This document shows positions 60,714 to 64,000 of a stretch of DNA of 64,000 nt, piece by piece. The notes under the pieces are model-generated. The model saw nothing but the letters and a program-made list of their open reading frames with translations. It ran no database searches and was not told the origin of the DNA. The stretch comes from Gemmatimonas sp. (GTDB lineage: Bacteria > Gemmatimonadota > Gemmatimonadetes > Gemmatimonadales > Gemmatimonadaceae): positions 2,880,001-2,944,000 of the forward strand of contig OZ257156.1 of NCBI GenBank assembly GCA_965279375.1, written 5' to 3'. Both the position numbers and the translations under genes were made by a program. How positions within the stretch are numbered: position 1 is the stretch's first letter; every line of letters begins with the position of its first letter.

Positions 60714-63700
60714 ATGCGCCCCTCCTGGCGATTCGTCTTCGCCGCTGCTCTGACCGCCGCGTCGTCCATTTCCGCTCAGCAGCCTGCACCACGCGCCGGT
60801 GCACGGCCCGCGCCCAAGCCGCTCCCGCTCGAGGTCGGACGCACCTTCACGCTGGATTCGCGCGAGGCCACCTGGATGTCGGTGGACGTGAGTCCCGATG
60901 GACAACGTATCGCCTTCGACATGCTCGGCGATCTGTACGTGATTCCGTTCGCGGGCGGCGAAGCGACACGATTGACCAGCGGCATGGCCTACGACGCGCA
61001 GCCGCGCTTCAGTCCGGACGGCAAGAAGATCGTCTTCATCTCCGATCGCGACGGCGCCGACAACGTGCACGTGCTGGATGTGGCGAGCAAAGAAGTCACA
61101 GCGATCACGCGTGGACGCACGAGCGTGTACTTGTCCCCCGAGTGGTCACCCGATGGGCAGTACATCGTGGCGAGCAAGGGCGGTTTTCGCGGTGGGCTGC
61201 CCAAGCTGTGGATGTACCACGCCGACGGTGGCAATGGCATGGCGCTGTACAGCGATCCGCCCAACGCGGCGCCTGGTACGGCGGTGCAGCAGGCGGGCGC
61301 GGCGTTCAGTGCGGATGGCAAGGCGATCTACTACACGCAGCGCACCGGAGCGTGGCACTACAACGCGCAGTTTCCGCAGTACCAGATCTGGGCATACAAT
61401 CGCGACAACGGCGATCGTGAGGTGCAGTCGTCGCGCTATGGATCGGCGGTGCGGCCGACGCTGAGCCCCGATGGCAAGTGGTTGGTGTACGGCTCGCGCT
61501 ACGAGGAAAAGACCGGCCTTCGCATTCGCGAATTGGCCACGGGCGACGAGCGCTGGTTGGCGTATCCGACGCAGCGCGACGAGATGGAATCGCGCGCGCC
61601 GATGGATGCACTGCCGGGCATGAGCTTCACGCCAGACTCCAAGGAGCTCATCGCGAGCTACGACAATCGGCTGTGGCGCGTGGCGGTGGACGGCAGCGGC
61701 CAGACGGAGATTCCGTTCCATGTGCAGGCGACGGTCGATGCGGGTCCCGAACTGGCGTTCACGTATCCGATCTCCGACAGCGCGCAGTTCACAGTGCGAC
61801 AGATTCGCGATGGCGTGCCGAGCCCCGATGGCAAGCAGCTCGCGTTCGTGGCGATGGAACGGCTGTACGTGATGGACTGGCCGAGTGGCACGCCGCGTCG
61901 GGTGTCATCGCTGAACGTGATCGAGGCGGAGCCAGCGTGGTCGCCCGACTCCAAGAGTTTGGCCTGGGTGACGTGGTCGGTGGATGGCGGCAAGCTGTAC
62001 AAGGCATCGTTCGCCGCGAACGGTCGAACCACGGTTGCCGCGTTGAGCAGAGGACTCGCCACGATGCGCACACCGGTATTCTCGCCGACAGGGACGCGCA
62101 TCGTGTTGACGCAGTCGCCGTCTCAGGGACGTCGTGATCAGACGGGCGTGACGGGACCCAATGAACTGGTGTGGTACCCTGCTTCGGCGACGACGGCAGA
62201 GGGGAACGCAGCAACCGTGATCGCACGCGCAGCTGGTCGCAGCAAGCCGCACTTCACTCGTGACACGTCGCGGATCTATCTGTCGTCGAATGCGAACGGC
62301 TTGGTATCGATTCGCTGGGATGGCACCGACGAGCAGCGGCACCTGCGCGTGGTGGGAGCAGCCGCGCCGTCGGGTGGCGACGATCATGATCTCTCGGAGC
62401 TGGAGTCGCCGCGTGCGCCGGAGGAGCCGGGCTCGCCGGGACCGCCAGCGACGCTGACGCTGATGTCGCCCAACGGCGACCTCGCTTTGGCGCAGCTCAA
62501 TCAAGATTTCTACACGGTGGTGGTGCCGCCGCGCGGGACGCAGGCGACGGTAAACGTGTCTGATCCGACGAATGCGCTGGTGCCGGTGCGCAAGCTGACG
62601 GACATCGGCGGACAGTTCCCGGCGTGGTCCGCGAATGGCCGTCGCGTGCACTGGTCGATCGGTAACGCGCACGTCGTGTACGATCTCGATTCGGCCGTGG
62701 CGCGTGAGGCGGCGATTGCGGCGTCGCGTCGTGACTCCACGCTGGCCGACAGTCTCCGTCCCAAGCCCTACCTGCCGACGGAACGCCGAGTGCTGGTGCA
62801 GGCGGCGCGCGACATTCCGCGGGGCACGGTGGCGCTGCGCAACGCACGGTTAATCACGATGAAGGGTGATGAGATCATCGCGCGTGGGGACATCGTGGTG
62901 AAGGACAACCGTATCGTGGCCATCGGTGCGGCAGGCAGCGTTTCGATTCCTGCTGGCGCGAAGGAGATGGACATGAACGGCATGACGGTCATGCCTGGGT
63001 TCGTGGATACGCATGCGCATCTCCGCGCGGAACGCGGCACCATTCACGAGACGCAGCCGTGGGCGTATTTGGCCAATCTCGCGTACGGCGTGACGACCAC
63101 GCGCGATCCGCAGACCGCGACAACCGATGTGTTGACCTATCAGGACATGGTGGACGCGGGGCAAATCATGGGACCGCGTGTGTACTCCACCGGCCCGGGC
63201 ATCTTCGATCAGGATCAGATCCGCGACCAGGAGCATGCGCGCAGCATGCTCAAGCGCTACAGCCAGTACTACGACACCAAGACGATCAAGATGTATGTCG
63301 CGGGCGTGCGGCAGACGCGTCAGTGGATCATCAAGGCGGCGGCGGAGCAGAAGCTCATGCCAACCACCGAAGGCTCACTCGACGTGAAGCTCAATCTCAC
63401 CGAGACGCTGGATGGCTATCCGGGACTCGAGCACTCGATGGGCATCGTGCCGTTGGGGAAAGATGTCACGAGCTTCATGGCGTGGTCGCGTCGGACGTAC
63501 ACGCCGACGTTGCTGGTGAACTACGGCGGACCGTGGGGCGAAAACTGGTTCTACACCAAGGAGAACCCGTACGCCGATCCCAAGCTGCAGCGCTTCACGG
63601 CATATGAAGAACTCGCACTCAAGACGCGTCGCCGCATGGCGACCATGCCCGGCGGTGGTACCGCGGGTGGTTGGTTCCGCGATGAGGAGTACGTGTTTCC

Positions 63701-64000
63701 CAAGCTTGCGACCGAGGCGACCAAGATTCTTCGCGCCGGTGGTCGTCTGGGCATCGGCAGCCATGGGCAGCTGCAGGGATTGGGCTACCACTGGGAGCTG
63801 TGGCTCATGGCATCCGGCGGCATGACGAATCATGAAGCGCTCAAGGTGGCGACGTCGTACGGCGCGCAGGCGATCGGCCTGCAAGGCGACGTCGGCTCGC
63901 TGGAGGTCGGCAAGCTGGCCGATCTCGTGGTGTTGAGCGCCGATCCGTTGGCGAACCTGCGCAACACCAACACGATTCGCTACGTCATGAAGAACGGGCG
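60714..64000 (+). CDS. Secreted amidohydrolase family protein with PD40/TolB-like propellers (runs off the window end)
   Basis: Not in the ORF track. Manual translation: MRPSWRFVFAAALTAASSISAQQ...ATWMSVDVSPDGQRIAFDMLGDLY, many SPDG repeats, MPGFVDTHAH, GSHGQLQGLGYHWE, GSLEVGKLADLVVL. Confidence 0.9.
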   Translation, partial: MRPSWRFVFAAALTAASSISAQQPAPRAGARPAPKPLPLEVGRTFTLDSREATWMSVDVSPDGQRIAFDMLGDLYVIPFAGGEATRLTSGMAYDAQPRFSPDGKKIVFISDRDGADNVHVLDVASKEVTAITRGRTSVYLSPEWSPDGQYIVASKGGFRGGLPKLWMYHADGGNGMALYSDPPNAAPGTAVQQAGAAFSADGKAIYYTQRTGAWHYNAQFPQYQIWAYNRDNGDREVQSSRYGSAVRPTLSPDGKWLVYGSRYEEKTGLRIRELATGDERWLAYPTQRDEMESRAPMDALPGMSFTPDSKELIASYDNRLWRVAVDGSGQTEIPFHVQATVDAGPELAFTYPISDSAQFTVRQIRDGVPSPDGKQLAFVAMERLYVMDWPSGTPRRVSSLNVIEAEPAWSPDSKSLAWVTWSVDGGKLYKASFAANGRTTVAALSRGLATMRTPVFSPTGTRIVLTQSPSQGRRDQTGVTGPNELVWYPASATTAEGNAATVIARAAGRSKPHFTRDTSRIYLSSNANGLVSIRWDGTDEQRHLRVVGAAAPSGGDDHDLSELESPRAPEEPGSPGPPATLTLMSPNGDLALAQLNQDFYTVVVPPRGTQATVNVSDPTNALVPVRKLTDIGGQFPAWSANGRRVHWSIGNAHVVYDLDSAVAREAAIAASRRDSTLADSLRPKPYLPTERRVLVQAARDIPRGTVALRNARLITMKGDEIIARGDIVVKDNRIVAIGAAGSVSIPAGAKEMDMNGMTVMPGFVDTHAHLRAERGTIHETQPWAYLANLAYGVTTTRDPQTATTDVLTYQDMVDAGQIMGPRVYSTGPGIFDQDQIRDQEHARSMLKRYSQYYDTKTIKMYVAGVRQTRQWIIKAAAEQKLMPTTEGSLDVKLNLTETLDGYPGLEHSMGIVPLGKDVTSFMAWSRRTYTPTLLVNYGGPWGENWFYTKENPYADPKLQRFTAYEELALKTRRRMATMPGGGTAGGWFRDEEYVFPKLATEATKILRAGGRLGIGSHGQLQGLGYHWELWLMASGGMTNHEALKVATSYGAQAIGLQGDVGSLEVGKLADLVVLSADPLANLRNTNTIRYVMKNG

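Noticed and set aside
58135..60804. 889-aa minus-strand ORF, and similar long shadow ORFs at 1190-2332, 2915-4027, 10618-11682, 17139-18479, 20735-22042, 25428-27125 and 26723-28201
   Set aside because: All are antisense to well-supported genes and have no recognisable motifs, as expected in high-GC DNA.

Overview
High-GC, gene-dense chromosomal window from a diderm bacterium. Gene content and style suggest Gemmatimonadota, which is an inference. There are about 50 CDSs and no rRNA, tRNA, CRISPR array, transposase or integrase was recognised. The housekeeping backbone is suhB (partial, absent from the ORF track), trpS, purA, alpha2-type glyQS, priA, corA, fur, ccdA, ggt, murQ-anmK and class II RNR nrdJ. 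The most notable items are: (1) a photoactive yellow protein (PYP) gene hidden at the end of a spurious 637-aa ORF, about 1.3 kb from an adenylate-forming ligase and next to an unknown helical protein; (2) a ubiquitin-like small protein without a C-terminal GG, translationally coupled into a MoxR-DUF58-BatA-DUF4159 operon; (3) an ergothioneine locus with egtB-egtD followed by DUF427 and a flavin-disulfide reductase, divergent from a betaine-type ABC importer; (4) a structured leader ending in an intrinsic terminator just before purA; (5) a NagZ homologue lacking its catalytic His motif; (6) a long intergenic region before nrdJ with IHF-like and DnaA-like sites, centred in a local G-skew peak. 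All product calls come from motif recognition by eye; no database search was run.
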